DNA from: a virus
Strand: one strand, 5' to 3'
Length of the DNA: 64,000 bases
Virus record (IMG/VR): IMGVR_UViG_3300043449_002292
Coordinates: 32,001-96,000 of that record
Shown here piece by piece: positions 16,974 to 26,184 of the stretch. The number at the start of each line of letters is the position of its first letter. The stretch's first letter is position 1. The notes under the pieces are model-generated. The model was given only the letters and a program-made list of their open reading frames with translations. It made no database searches and was not told the origin of the DNA. Position numbers and translations under genes: made by a program.

Positions 16974-17713
16974 CTCATCCTGAGAGATCGTTCGGGGCGC
17001 TGACCAACTTTTCTCGTGGTACGGAAACGACGGGCCTCCGGCTCTGGGGGCAGAGAATATGAGTCAAGACCACCGATGAAGCCCGCGTCAACCCAGGCGA
17101 TGATGTCATCTACAAGGTTCGACGGCGTGCCCGACCACCCTGAGACACGTCCAACGTGGTCCAGTATCTCACGACGTTTGCCCTCACCCCACACCCACGC
17201 GGCGGTTCTTTTTATCTCCTGCATCCTCGTTTCAAGCTGCGTTGCAAGACGCTCCAACGACGTGACATGTTCTTCGATGGGAGCGTCCTCGACCTCAAGG
17301 TCAAGCTCAGCGGCGATCTCCATGAGACGACCGCCGTCTCCCTTCTGAAGTGCCTTGTGGGCGTCCCGGAACATCTTCGCCCTCTCAACCTGTTCACGTT
17401 CGCTGAGCTCTTCCCTGAGAAGGGCGTCAGGATGAGTTTTCGATGAGATCTTCCTGAAAAGCTTACGCTGCCATGTAGGCTGCTTGGGCGTCTCTTCCTG
17501 CTCCTCATCCGCTTTGGATATGGGATTTGACTCAGGCTGAGCCTGCTGTCTTTGAGGCATCAGGTCACCCGCTCGGGCTAGAAGCTCCATCACAGCGCGC
17601 TGAAGCTGCCATCCTCGACGATCGAATTCCTCCTCGAGATCATATAGTTCCTCTCGAAGGTAACCGATCTTCAGCGCAAGCTTTTTGAGCCGACGATCGC
17701 CAGATTGGCTCAC
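16970..17713 (-). CDS. J-domain-like (DnaJ/Hsp40-type) protein
   Basis: RKLFRKISSKTHPD...AKMFRDAHKAL: helix II, HPD, helix III pattern. Confidence 0.7.
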   Translation of the reverse strand: MSQSGDRRLKKLALKIGYLREELYDLEEEFDRRGWQLQRAVMELLARAGDLMPQRQQAQPESNPISKADEEQEETPKQPTWQRKLFRKISSKTHPDALLREELSEREQVERAKMFRDAHKALQKGDGGRLMEIAAELDLEVEDAPIEEHVTSLERLATQLETRMQEIKRTAAWVWGEGKRREILDHVGRVSGWSGTPSNLVDDIIAWVDAGFIGGLDSYSLPPEPEARRFRTTRKVGQRPERSLRMR

Positions 17714-17967
17714 CTCTTATCCAGCTCTCGGATCCAAGCTAAAACTTTAGGATCGAGCAAAGAGGCTGGCCACGCCCAAAATCTCTTGATCTCCCGTGCA
17801 TGGTGTCGTGTGAGCGCGACACAATCATTCTTAGCGTCTTTCACCCGCGTCGAGTCATGTGCAACCTTGAGCTCAGATACCCTAAACAAGTGATAGGAAA
17901 CACTCAGAATCGCGCCCAGCGTGTATGTTACCGCAGTAGCAATGAGAATATCAGAACCTAGCATCAT
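17710..17967 (-). CDS. Small membrane protein
   Basis: N-terminal hydrophobic segment; ATACTTA at 17981-17987. Confidence 0.6.
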   Translation of the reverse strand: MMLGSDILIATAVTYTLGAILSVSYHLFRVSELKVAHDSTRVKDAKNDCVALTRHHAREIKRFWAWPASLLDPKVLAWIRELDKR

Positions 17968-17979
17968 CTCACCTCGATG

Positions 17980-18489
17980 CTAAGTATTTCCACCCTCACG
18001 ATCTTGCTTCAAGCTTTTTGCGTTCCTCTTCGTTGCGACGGTCTCTGGTCGATCACCGACGGAGCGTCGACTCTCCGGATTTTCTGTATTCGCGAGAATT
18101 TCGATCCGCGCCAGCTCCTGAATCCTCAGGTTTCCCGTATCACGAACGGCCTCGAGCGCCCGACGCATCCCGTCCTGTGTAGCAGTGAGCCTGATCAGCT
18201 CGTGCTCAGAGCTACGCTGAGAAGATTGCAGTGAGGAGATGAGGGAGGTCAGAAATTCCTTTACTCGGGCTAGTTTTTGATCTGGTGGAGCATCATCGCT
18301 GCTGATCTCAGTGAGCAATTCGTTCATCAGATTGGACATCTCATTTATCACTGTCGATGTCGCGGCGTTGGAGATTCTGCGCTCCTCTATCGTTGCCTGA
18401 TTCATCTCTAGCTTGGAGATGAGCTCATTCGCAAGTTTAACAATTTCTTGCGAGACATTCGAAATTCTATCGAACTCTTCCTGCGTCAT
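17980..18489 (-). CDS. Hypothetical coiled-coil protein
   Basis: Probable start MTQEEF near 18489 (the track start 18552 lies inside a terminator); TAAAAT just upstream. Confidence 0.65.
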   Translation of the reverse strand: MTQEEFDRISNVSQEIVKLANELISKLEMNQATIEERRISNAATSTVINEMSNLMNELLTEISSDDAPPDQKLARVKEFLTSLISSLQSSQRSSEHELIRLTATQDGMRRALEAVRDTGNLRIQELARIEILANTENPESRRSVGDRPETVATKRNAKSLKQDREGGNT

Positions 18490-18518
18490 GATCAATTTTA
18501 TCGAGATGTGGAGCAGGT

Positions 18519-18556
18519 AAAAAGAAAAGGGGGTGGTCCCTTGCGAGACCACCCCC
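18519..18556 (-). terminator. Intrinsic terminator
   Basis: gggggtggtc-N8-gaccaccccc stem followed by a T-run on the minus strand, downstream of the 710-aa gene. Confidence 0.85.
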
Positions 18557-18582
18557 AGCTTGACCCTACGGGTCAGAAGCTA

Positions 18583-20715
18583 TTACAGCTTCTGGACGAC
18601 GAGCTGGTCACCAATCTCGACCGCGAAGGCGAACTTCACGCCAGCCTTGCCACCGTCGAACGAGTAGTCGGCGGAAGCAGGGGCCGCGAGCTCGGCCACG
18701 GAGCCGGAGCGGAGCAGCTGACCGTTGAAGAACACCATGGAGTTGTCCTTCGTGAGACCCGCGAAGGTCAGATCGCCCATGCCGGCGCCCGCGGTGACGT
18801 CGACAGCGGTCTCGGCTGCAACACCGGCCGCCGCGACGAAGAACGCCTTCTCGGCGCCGCCGCCCGCGGCGATCGCGTTGAACGCGCCGAGGATGGAGTC
18901 GACGGTCGGGTAGGACGTCGCGAAGGTCGCCCACTCACCGGAGTTCGCGAGCTTGAGGCCGGAGGTCGCGCTGTTGAGCAGCTGTGAACCACGGTAAGCA
19001 TCGTCGAACTTGATGAAGCCAGCAGCCACCGAGGAGCTCATGATGAAGTCACCGCTGCCGCCCTTCGTGACGCGCTGCTCGCCGCTGCGGTCGAGCGTTA
19101 GGCCATCGGCGCCGTTGAGGTTCGCCTTGACGCCCCACATCTCGGACCAGCGGTCGGTCGAGAGACCAACCTTGAACGCATTGGGGACGGAGGGCTTCAG
19201 CGAGCCGGAGATCGTCATCAGGTCGACGAAGTTGTAGGTGAGGCCCGCCTCATCCTTCATCGCGCCGGTGGCGTCGACGACGTAGAGGCGCTGCTGAGTG
19301 TCACCATCGATCTTGATCTGATTCGCGGTCACGCCGGCGTTGAAGTCAGCAACAGCACCGTTGACCGTCAGGCCGTTTCCGATGAGGGCCGCACCGCCGA
19401 TGTCGAGACCGGCCGAGCCGCTGATACCGCCCGCGACGGCGAGCTTCCCGCCGTCGAAGGTGAGGCTCGCCTCATCCTTGATCTCGTTCGACGGGCCGAC
19501 GATGTAGAGGCGCTGGGGCACGTCACCGTCGATCTTCATCTCAGGAGCGGAGACACTCACGGCAGAGCGGATCGCGCCTGAGCCGCTAATCGCCTGGTTG
19601 AACTCCCAGCCAGCCGAGGAGTTGTTCCAGATGATGGTCTTGTCGGTGGCTCCCCTGAGGGTGATACCGCCGCCAGCTGCAGTCACGTCCGTCGGGGTAG
19701 CGACAGAACCGAGCTCGACGTTCTTGTCATCGACCGTGAGGGTCGTTGAGTTCACCGTTGTGGTCGTTCCATTGACAGTGAGGTCACCCGCGACCGTGAG
19801 GTGCGAGGAGACGCTCATCGCGCCGGTGACGAAGAGCGTCGAACCGTCGAAGTTGAGGTTCGCCTCATCCTTCATCGATCCATCAGCATCGACGATGTAG
19901 AGGCGCTGGGCCACGTCGCTGTCGATCTTGATCGCGGAGGCGGAGAGCGTTCCGGCCACGTCAACGATGCCGGCGAAGTCAGCCTTGCCGGTCACGTCGA
20001 GAGTGCCACCAACGGTAGCAGCGCCGTCGACTGCAACCGAGGCGCCCTGGAGGGCTCCCGAGCCGCTGACAACGCCGACGACCGCGAGTTTGCTACCGTC
20101 GAAGGTGAGGCTCGAGGTGTCCGCGATCTCGTTGGATGCACCGACGAGGTAGAGGTTACCAGCCACGTCACCGTCGATCTTGATCTCGTTGGCGGTGATA
20201 CCGGCGTTGAAGTCAGCGACAGCGCCGGAGACGGTCATTCCGTTTCCGATCGTCGCTGCGCCGTCGACCGCGACGGAAGCGCCCTGGAGGGCGCCTGAGC
20301 CGCTGACGATTCCGACGACCGAGAGCTTGTCGCCGCTGGCGTCGTAAACGAGGCCTGCATCATTCGCGAGGTCGCCGGACACGGACGCGAAGACGAGGGA
20401 GCCTGCTCCTGCGGTGAGATTCTCAACGCGGGCGGCCGAACCGGTGATCGAGCCAACGACGTCGAGGTCCTTGAGGACTTCCATCTTGGCGGCGGGGGCC
20501 GAGGCGCTGATGTGCGCGGCGAGGTCGAGGAGCTGAACGTTTACGAATGAACCCTCCTGCTCCTTCCACTCAGCGCCGATGATGCTGCCGATCTGCTCGG
20601 TAAGAGCCTCGATATCGCCGGCGAGCGTCCCGAGCTCGAGCTCGGACTTGATCTGCTCGGCGCGGATCTTCGTCATGGATCCCGCGCGGGTATCCAGATC
20701 TGTTCTGTTAGCCAT
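18583..20715 (-). CDS. Fibre-like virion structural protein with internal repeats
   Basis: KID(G/S)D...LY.V repeat x4; GDLTVNGTTTTVNSTTLTVDDKNVELG...GGGITL..ATDKTI segment typical of phage fibres; C-terminal FNGQLL. Confidence 0.75.
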   Translation of the reverse strand: MANRTDLDTRAGSMTKIRAEQIKSELELGTLAGDIEALTEQIGSIIGAEWKEQEGSFVNVQLLDLAAHISASAPAAKMEVLKDLDVVGSITGSAARVENLTAGAGSLVFASVSGDLANDAGLVYDASGDKLSVVGIVSGSGALQGASVAVDGAATIGNGMTVSGAVADFNAGITANEIKIDGDVAGNLYLVGASNEIADTSSLTFDGSKLAVVGVVSGSGALQGASVAVDGAATVGGTLDVTGKADFAGIVDVAGTLSASAIKIDSDVAQRLYIVDADGSMKDEANLNFDGSTLFVTGAMSVSSHLTVAGDLTVNGTTTTVNSTTLTVDDKNVELGSVATPTDVTAAGGGITLRGATDKTIIWNNSSAGWEFNQAISGSGAIRSAVSVSAPEMKIDGDVPQRLYIVGPSNEIKDEASLTFDGGKLAVAGGISGSAGLDIGGAALIGNGLTVNGAVADFNAGVTANQIKIDGDTQQRLYVVDATGAMKDEAGLTYNFVDLMTISGSLKPSVPNAFKVGLSTDRWSEMWGVKANLNGADGLTLDRSGEQRVTKGGSGDFIMSSSVAAGFIKFDDAYRGSQLLNSATSGLKLANSGEWATFATSYPTVDSILGAFNAIAAGGGAEKAFFVAAAGVAAETAVDVTAGAGMGDLTFAGLTKDNSMVFFNGQLLRSGSVAELAAPASADYSFDGGKAGVKFAFAVEIGDQLVVQKL

Positions 20716-20855
20716 TTTTTCTTTCCTTTAGTTAGAGAAATACACAAACATGCGATCATTTCCACCACCATTGGGGAAGTTGATCACGATCTCTAATCAA
20801 ACGGAACAGGCGTCGGGATCGGTGCGCCATGCGCATGGGATCCTGCCTTCGAGAT

Positions 20856-20862
20856 TAAATAT
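20856..20862 (-). promoter_or_regulatory. Putative late promoter ATATTTA with a ~140-nt structured leader
   Basis: Motif followed by two hairpins before ATG 20715; phased A-tracts upstream. Confidence 0.5.
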
Positions 20863-20946
20863 TCCCGAAACGTAAATTAACGAAAATTAACGCAAAAAAA
20901 ATCGAAAAAAATTTAACGTTTCTCTAAACCAACGTGCTGATCACTA

Positions 20947-21168
20947 TCAAGCACCGTAGAGGGCCTTCTTGAGAGCCCGCACCTGGGCATCGTAAGCGCT
21001 GAACTCACCGTTCACGAACTCGAGGGCGAGCGCAGCGCAGCCACCATCGAGATCATCGAACTCGAACCTAAACTTCCCGCCTGCTCCCTTTCCCGCGCTG
21101 AGCAGTTTCCTGCCGCGCAGCTTTAGGAACGCTGCCATCGCGAGATCTGATGTCGTGTAGCTCTGCAT
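20947..21168 (-). CDS. Small DUF5659-like protein
   Basis: MQSYTTSDLAMAAFLKLRG...FRFEF pattern; ATG 21168; ATATTTA at 21199-21205. Confidence 0.6.
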   Translation of the reverse strand: MQSYTTSDLAMAAFLKLRGRKLLSAGKGAGGKFRFEFDDLDGGCAALALEFVNGEFSAYDAQVRALKKALYGA

Positions 21169-21241
21169 GATTCTGCTCCGTCCTACCTTTACTGCTGCTA
21201 AATATTGGTTCCTAAACCTGCGAAAATGCTTATTTTGAAAA

Positions 21242-22180
21242 TTATGCGACGTAAGAATACGTTGCCCTGATGACGTCGGAGACCAGCAGGTTACGTGCGA
21301 AGGTGACGCTGCCACCGGACAGGGAGTAGTCATGATCCTGGCCCTGGGTGAGCAGCTGACCGTTCAGGAACAGCATGAGGGAGCTCGCAGGATCGGGGTC
21401 CTGTGGTAGTGTCAGACCCGTCACCTCGTTATTCACGACGGTGATGCTGGCTGGCTCAACAGCGAGAGCGAAGAGCTTCGTCGTTACCTGCCGCGAGTAC
21501 ATCGCCCTGAGAACGTCGGTCTGGACGGGCGCGACCTCGTTGATGAACGTGACAGTGTTGCCTGACAGGCTGAAGTCGGATCCGAGCGTCAGGAGCTGAC
21601 CGTTCAACCACAGCATGAGTGATCCAGCGTCGATCGACTGGTTCGGCAGGGTGAAGATCGTGTTGACACCATCGCGGATACCGACGGGCTCGGCGTTGAG
21701 GACGAGATCGGTCACCGTGCCGGAGCGGGCCTGACCGGACAGCGAGACCTGAACCTGGCCGTTCGACCCCGTCGAAACGAGGACACCCTCGCCGCCGATG
21801 AGGTAGGGTGTCGATCCGTCGGACAGGGTTGTTAACGACCCGCTCAGGCCGTTCGTGGCGACTACGGGACCCGTGAACGTCGCGCCTGACAGCTGCGCCA
21901 GTCCCGTAGGATCGAGATTGCCTCCGGAAGCGAATTCCACCAGATCGCCATCCGCCGTGCCATCACGAAACCAGTATTTCTTCGAGACCCCGCCGATGAT
22001 GAGACGAACCTCCATCGACTGGAAACGAACGCCAGCCGGGATCGCCTCGACGGCAGCCGCCTTCGCAGCGGATGCGGTCGCTCCGACATACGGGCCCGAC
22101 CATGCGTCAACCGGCGCCGGGTTGACAGGTTGCAGACCGTAGGGAAGCTGCAGGCCAGCGTATGGAACGAGAGCGCTCAT
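21242..22180 (-). CDS. Virion structural/fibre-associated protein
   Basis: DGVNTIFTL; two LxLNGQLLT..D(F/Y)SLSG..VTF repeats. Confidence 0.7.
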   Translation of the reverse strand: MSALVPYAGLQLPYGLQPVNPAPVDAWSGPYVGATASAAKAAAVEAIPAGVRFQSMEVRLIIGGVSKKYWFRDGTADGDLVEFASGGNLDPTGLAQLSGATFTGPVVATNGLSGSLTTLSDGSTPYLIGGEGVLVSTGSNGQVQVSLSGQARSGTVTDLVLNAEPVGIRDGVNTIFTLPNQSIDAGSLMLWLNGQLLTLGSDFSLSGNTVTFINEVAPVQTDVLRAMYSRQVTTKLFALAVEPASITVVNNEVTGLTLPQDPDPASSLMLFLNGQLLTQGQDHDYSLSGGSVTFARNLLVSDVIRATYSYVA

Positions 22181-24207
22181 GATCTAGTCACCCGGTGCTC
22201 ATGACTGTTCGGACTGTACGATTCAGCGTTCGTCATCGTATAAACATCGTAGGAGGTTGCCGTCCCACCTGAATCGAGGACGTTAAAGGTCGACTTCAAG
22301 TAACTAGTGGTGATGTTCGCGTTCAACGCGTCAACGTCAATGACAGACGTCAATCCCGTTCCCGCGGGCAGTGCAAATGAGAAGATCCTGTTAATCGTAC
22401 CCGTACTGATGGAGAAGGGATTGCTGCCGTCCGTGAAGATCTTACCCGACAGACCACGGACATCATTCGAGCTCAGCGGGGCCTGCTCAACCGACCCAAA
22501 GAAGATGAGGTTCAGGAAGGATACGACGGTCACGGCGCTCGTGACACCCGCGGAGGAGAGGTGCTGCTGGTAGGTATCGATCACTCGGACGCGGTAACGG
22601 ATGGATGTCGAAGATTTCAGGTTCTGGTCGTTGTGGTTGAAGAGTGTGATGTTGGAAGTTCCCGGTCCGACAGATACAGGGTTCACGTTCAGGTCGATCC
22701 AAGTGTTTCCGTCCGTCGAGTACTGCAGCACGTAACTCACGAGGTTCACCAATGGGCTGATGCGTGTGATGGTTCCCGTGAGGTTGGAGGAAATATTGCC
22801 CTTCTCACGCTTCAGATTCGCTTCGATCTGCTCAAGGGACGCTCCTGCGACTGCGAGGGCGATCGTCGGCACCTGGTAGGCAGCAGGTGTCAGGTTCAGG
22901 GTCGCTGTTGCGGTAGCGCCGACTGAATCGGTGACCGTGTATCGATAGTTGAAGGCGGCGGTATTGAATGCCGTATCCGACAACGTGTGCGTGAAGCTTG
23001 ACGCAGATGAGGTCGACGTGCTTAGGGTCGTCCACCCTCCAGCGCCGCCCCGGCGCCATTCGAGGACGGCGGCGCTGACCGTCGCATTCAGGCTGTTTAT
23101 GGTGTGTGAGAAGTTGATGACGTTGCTGATGTTTGTCTGGTTGAAAGAGATCGTCGTGGATGACGTCAGACCCACCGTCGGGTTGATAGGCTCCACCGTC
23201 GCGAGGGCGAGGACCTCGGCCGCCGTCTTCCCAGTTGCGGGGATGGTATCACCCGACGCATAGCGGCCGAATGTCTTGCCACCCGAGAGGCTCACCACGA
23301 GATCATTCTGGAACACCGTCTCGCTCTGACCCCCGCCGGTCGTCGCGATCGTTATTTGACCTGTTGATCCTGTCGTGATCGAGATACCTTGGCCCGCGAC
23401 CATATAGTCGCTGCCATCGTAAAGCTTGGTCAGTGAGCCAGTAAGACTGGTGACAGAGATGTCACCGCCTGTGATGCTGACACTTCCGGAGTTCTGCGTT
23501 GCTATGGATCCAAGACCCAGGTTCGTCCGAGCGGTGGCTGCGTCTGAGGCACCGGTACCACCATCCGCTATGGCAAGATCCGTAATACCCGAGATCGTCC
23601 CACCTGTGATGGTGACGCTGTTCGAGTTTTGGGTGGATATTGTTCCCAGTCCGAGATTAGTTCGAGCTGTCGAGGCTGACGTCGCTCCCGTACCTCCGTT
23701 CGCAACTGTGACCGGTGTTGAGAGAGCAACAGTCACCGTAGATCCTGCACCGCCATCCGTGATGGTGATGCCAGTTCCTGCCTGAATCCTCGAAGTCAGA
23801 TACGATGGATCGACGCTGAGGGATAGTAAGCCACTCGGATCAGCGACCCCGACAAGACCGCTCCCATCCTCTACGCTCACGCCAGCTGATAGGGATGCAA
23901 GGTACGTTTCGTCAAGCGAAATGGTCGCGCTCCCATCGCTACCGGTCACGACGAGGGTTCCAGCTCCGGGTTTTATCGCTGACGTGCCGTCGAGGAGCGT
24001 TAGGGCACCCTTGCATCCCTCATCGATCGTCAGTCGACCCGTGATATACTCGTCGCCCTCGATCCTTAAGGACGCGCGCTTGTAGCCCTCCAGACCGATC
24101 TGGAGCTCATGCGGAGCAATCACCTTCGTGATGTCCAGCGTGCGCTTGTTTTTAACTACGACGAAGTCTTTCTTATCGACCTCACGTCTATCAATCTGCG
24201 TCGACAT
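22177..24207 (-). CDS. Tail fibre protein
   Basis: Two GGTGA...ARTNLGLG.I.TQN fibre repeats; Ser/Thr/Gly-rich. Confidence 0.8.
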   Translation of the reverse strand: MSTQIDRREVDKKDFVVVKNKRTLDITKVIAPHELQIGLEGYKRASLRIEGDEYITGRLTIDEGCKGALTLLDGTSAIKPGAGTLVVTGSDGSATISLDETYLASLSAGVSVEDGSGLVGVADPSGLLSLSVDPSYLTSRIQAGTGITITDGGAGSTVTVALSTPVTVANGGTGATSASTARTNLGLGTISTQNSNSVTITGGTISGITDLAIADGGTGASDAATARTNLGLGSIATQNSGSVSITGGDISVTSLTGSLTKLYDGSDYMVAGQGISITTGSTGQITIATTGGGQSETVFQNDLVVSLSGGKTFGRYASGDTIPATGKTAAEVLALATVEPINPTVGLTSSTTISFNQTNISNVINFSHTINSLNATVSAAVLEWRRGGAGGWTTLSTSTSSASSFTHTLSDTAFNTAAFNYRYTVTDSVGATATATLNLTPAAYQVPTIALAVAGASLEQIEANLKREKGNISSNLTGTITRISPLVNLVSYVLQYSTDGNTWIDLNVNPVSVGPGTSNITLFNHNDQNLKSSTSIRYRVRVIDTYQQHLSSAGVTSAVTVVSFLNLIFFGSVEQAPLSSNDVRGLSGKIFTDGSNPFSISTGTINRIFSFALPAGTGLTSVIDVDALNANITTSYLKSTFNVLDSGGTATSYDVYTMTNAESYSPNSHEHRVTRS

Positions 24208-24214
24208 TCAGACC

Positions 24215-24221
24215 TAAATAT
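24215..24221 (-). promoter_or_regulatory. Putative late promoter ATATTTA
   Basis: 8 nt upstream of ATG 24207. Confidence 0.5.
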
Positions 24222-24223
24222 GA

Positions 24224-24249
24224 CAAGGGACCGAATCGTCGGTCCCTTG
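24224..24249 (-). terminator. Hairpin/terminator abutting a late promoter
   Basis: caagggaccga-atcg-tcggtcccttg perfect 11-bp stem after the dCTPase stop. Confidence 0.7.
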
Positions 24250-24256
24250 CTCTCAT

Positions 24257-24640
24257 TCAGTATCCGTCTTTTAGTCTTCGACAGATTTTCTCGTGCTTCT
24301 TGAGGTATGCTTCATGCAGCTCATCAGGAGTGACACCCACGAGCTTCAGTGTCGTAAAGAAGTACTTCATCGCATCGACGATCTCCTCAAGGAATGCCTC
24401 ACGATCGAGATGAGGAACGTCGGTCTGACGATGAGGCTTGGCATTCTTCAGCTCCTGCAGAGCCTCGAACATCTCCTCCACACCGCGAAGGGTCACGTCA
24501 CGGACAAGCGTCTGTGATTGCTTCGTCGAGAGATCGATCGGCCACTGGGGGTAGTAACCCTCGAAGCGTTCACAAAGGAGCTGCATGAACTCCTCGCGAA
24601 GCTCGAACATCTGATCGAGCTTGTCAGTTGACGTCGACAT
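24257..24640 (-). CDS. All-alpha NTP pyrophosphatase (dimeric dUTPase / T4 gp56 dCTPase-like)
   Basis: VEEMFEA, FLEEIVDA, C-terminal RRLKDGY; probable start 24640. Confidence 0.8.
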   Translation of the reverse strand: MSTSTDKLDQMFELREEFMQLLCERFEGYYPQWPIDLSTKQSQTLVRDVTLRGVEEMFEALQELKNAKPHRQTDVPHLDREAFLEEIVDAMKYFFTTLKLVGVTPDELHEAYLKKHEKICRRLKDGY

Positions 24641-24866
24641 TCGCCATGCCCTCGGCGGCGAGCTCATCAGCCTTGTCCGAGAGACGCTGAACAGCATCCA
24701 GGAAGGCCTGATTGTCAGCGTCGTTGATCATGAGCTTGCTCCCGTCGACCGTCAGTCGAAGGGTCCTGAGATTATCGATGATGTCAGTTCCAGTCAGCAG
24801 GGCGAGCTGAAGAAGGTCGACGATGCGGACGATAGCCTGATCAGAAAGTGTAACTGTCTCGTTCAT
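24624..24866 (-). CDS. Hypothetical protein
   Basis: MNETVTLSDQAIVRIVDLLQLALLTGTDIIDNLR; AGGAG RBS. Confidence 0.7.
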   Translation of the reverse strand: MNETVTLSDQAIVRIVDLLQLALLTGTDIIDNLRTLRLTVDGSKLMINDADNQAFLDAVQRLSDKADELAAEGMANVDVN

Positions 24867-24916
24867 TTGATTTCTCCTGTTAGATTGTAATAGAAGCTGA
24901 GGAGGTTTATAGGAAG

Positions 24917-25726
24917 CTAGTTCTGTCTTGTCGGCGCCCACCAGGTGGTTCGACCGTCGAGTGTCTCTTCCCTGATTACCTCTTCTCCATCTTCGTCTTT
25001 AGTTCTTCCATAGCAGAGAAAAGCTTCTCCGTAGCCACCCTCGTTGTTATCAAAGTCCTTATATGATTTGATCGTTGCCCCCTGAGACTGGTATGAATCC
25101 CGGAGCACTCTCTTGATGCTGTCATTGAGAGCTTCGAACTCCTCTAGACTCAGGGAATCAACCTTTCGGTGCGGAGAGAGCCGGGCAAGCCAGAGCGAAT
25201 CGGCCTTCACGTAATTACCAACGCCAGCGATGATCCCCTGATCCATCACCGCCTCGGCAAGGGTCCACTTCGGTTTCTTCAAGAGGGACTCCTGGAACCG
25301 CTCATGGCTCACGTCCTCGGCCAGCATGTCAGGACCCAGGGTCCTTAGCTTGTCAGCCAGCTTCCGCCGCCCCCGGACCCACTTCAGAGTCCCAAAGTTA
25401 CGGGTGTCATTGTAGTAGACATCCGTTCCATCGTCGAGGCTCAGACGCATTCTGGCGTGGCGCGATGCACTTCGTGACCAATGACCCGTCATGCCCAGAG
25501 TCGACCAGATCGAGGAGTCCCCGCCGTCGAGCAGGATGTAGATGAACTTGCCATGGCACCCAGCGCCGACGATCCGCTTGGGCAGCTCAGAAACAAGTTC
25601 GTCGTAACCGTCGAAGGGTCGCTTATCGTAGCGTCCTGACAGGATCTTCAAACCCACGATCGTTCGGTCTGTGAGAGCTCGAGCGAGACCCTCGGCAGCG
25701 AGCTTGCATTCGGGACCTTCAGGCAC
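24917..25726 (-). CDS. Fpg/Nei family DNA glycosylase/AP lyase with a zincless finger
   Basis: MPEGPE, HGKF, LGMTG, DTRNFG, LGPD, GVGNY; C-terminal GRTTWW with no Cys zinc finger. Confidence 0.93.
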   Translation of the reverse strand: MPEGPECKLAAEGLARALTDRTIVGLKILSGRYDKRPFDGYDELVSELPKRIVGAGCHGKFIYILLDGGDSSIWSTLGMTGHWSRSASRHARMRLSLDDGTDVYYNDTRNFGTLKWVRGRRKLADKLRTLGPDMLAEDVSHERFQESLLKKPKWTLAEAVMDQGIIAGVGNYVKADSLWLARLSPHRKVDSLSLEEFEALNDSIKRVLRDSYQSQGATIKSYKDFDNNEGGYGEAFLCYGRTKDEDGEEVIREETLDGRTTWWAPTRQN

Positions 25727-26144
25727 TTGCCACCCCCAGGGTCTTCATCAGATGATGATGGTAATCATTGAGAGCGTGATCGTTCGGTTGCACGGCGCGC
25801 CAATCGCCGAGGATGAAGATCCGATAAGCGTCATCACCGTACTTGCCGATACCGTGGAGCTCCTTAGCCTGCTTCCAGCCGCCCGCAGCATACTCAGCCG
25901 ACATCCGCTTGAGGGTCTGCGTTCGCTTCCGCTGCATGCCGAGCGGCCGGATGAGATCCTCGAGGTCAGCGTCCGGTGCTGTTGCAAGCGCCTGTGGTGT
26001 GGGCCAGCGTTGGAACATCTCCTCGACGACGGGTTCCATCTGAGCACGCTTCGTGAGATTGAGGCACAGGCAGCAGACGAGGATCTTCCAGCCGTCTGGC
26101 CAGTACTTCTCCTGAATGAGACCGAATTTAGGTGGAATCCACAT
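25719..26144 (-). CDS. MBD4-like HhH-GPD mismatch DNA glycosylase
   Basis: WIPP..GLIQE, WKILV..LCLN.T, ELHGIGKYGDDAYRIF, PNDHALNDYH follow the MBD4 glycosylase-domain pattern. Confidence 0.88.
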   Translation of the reverse strand: MWIPPKFGLIQEKYWPDGWKILVCCLCLNLTKRAQMEPVVEEMFQRWPTPQALATAPDADLEDLIRPLGMQRKRTQTLKRMSAEYAAGGWKQAKELHGIGKYGDDAYRIFILGDWRAVQPNDHALNDYHHHLMKTLGVASA

Positions 26145-26184
26145 GTATAGATTCTACCTGAAATTTTAAGTTTTACAGGATCGA

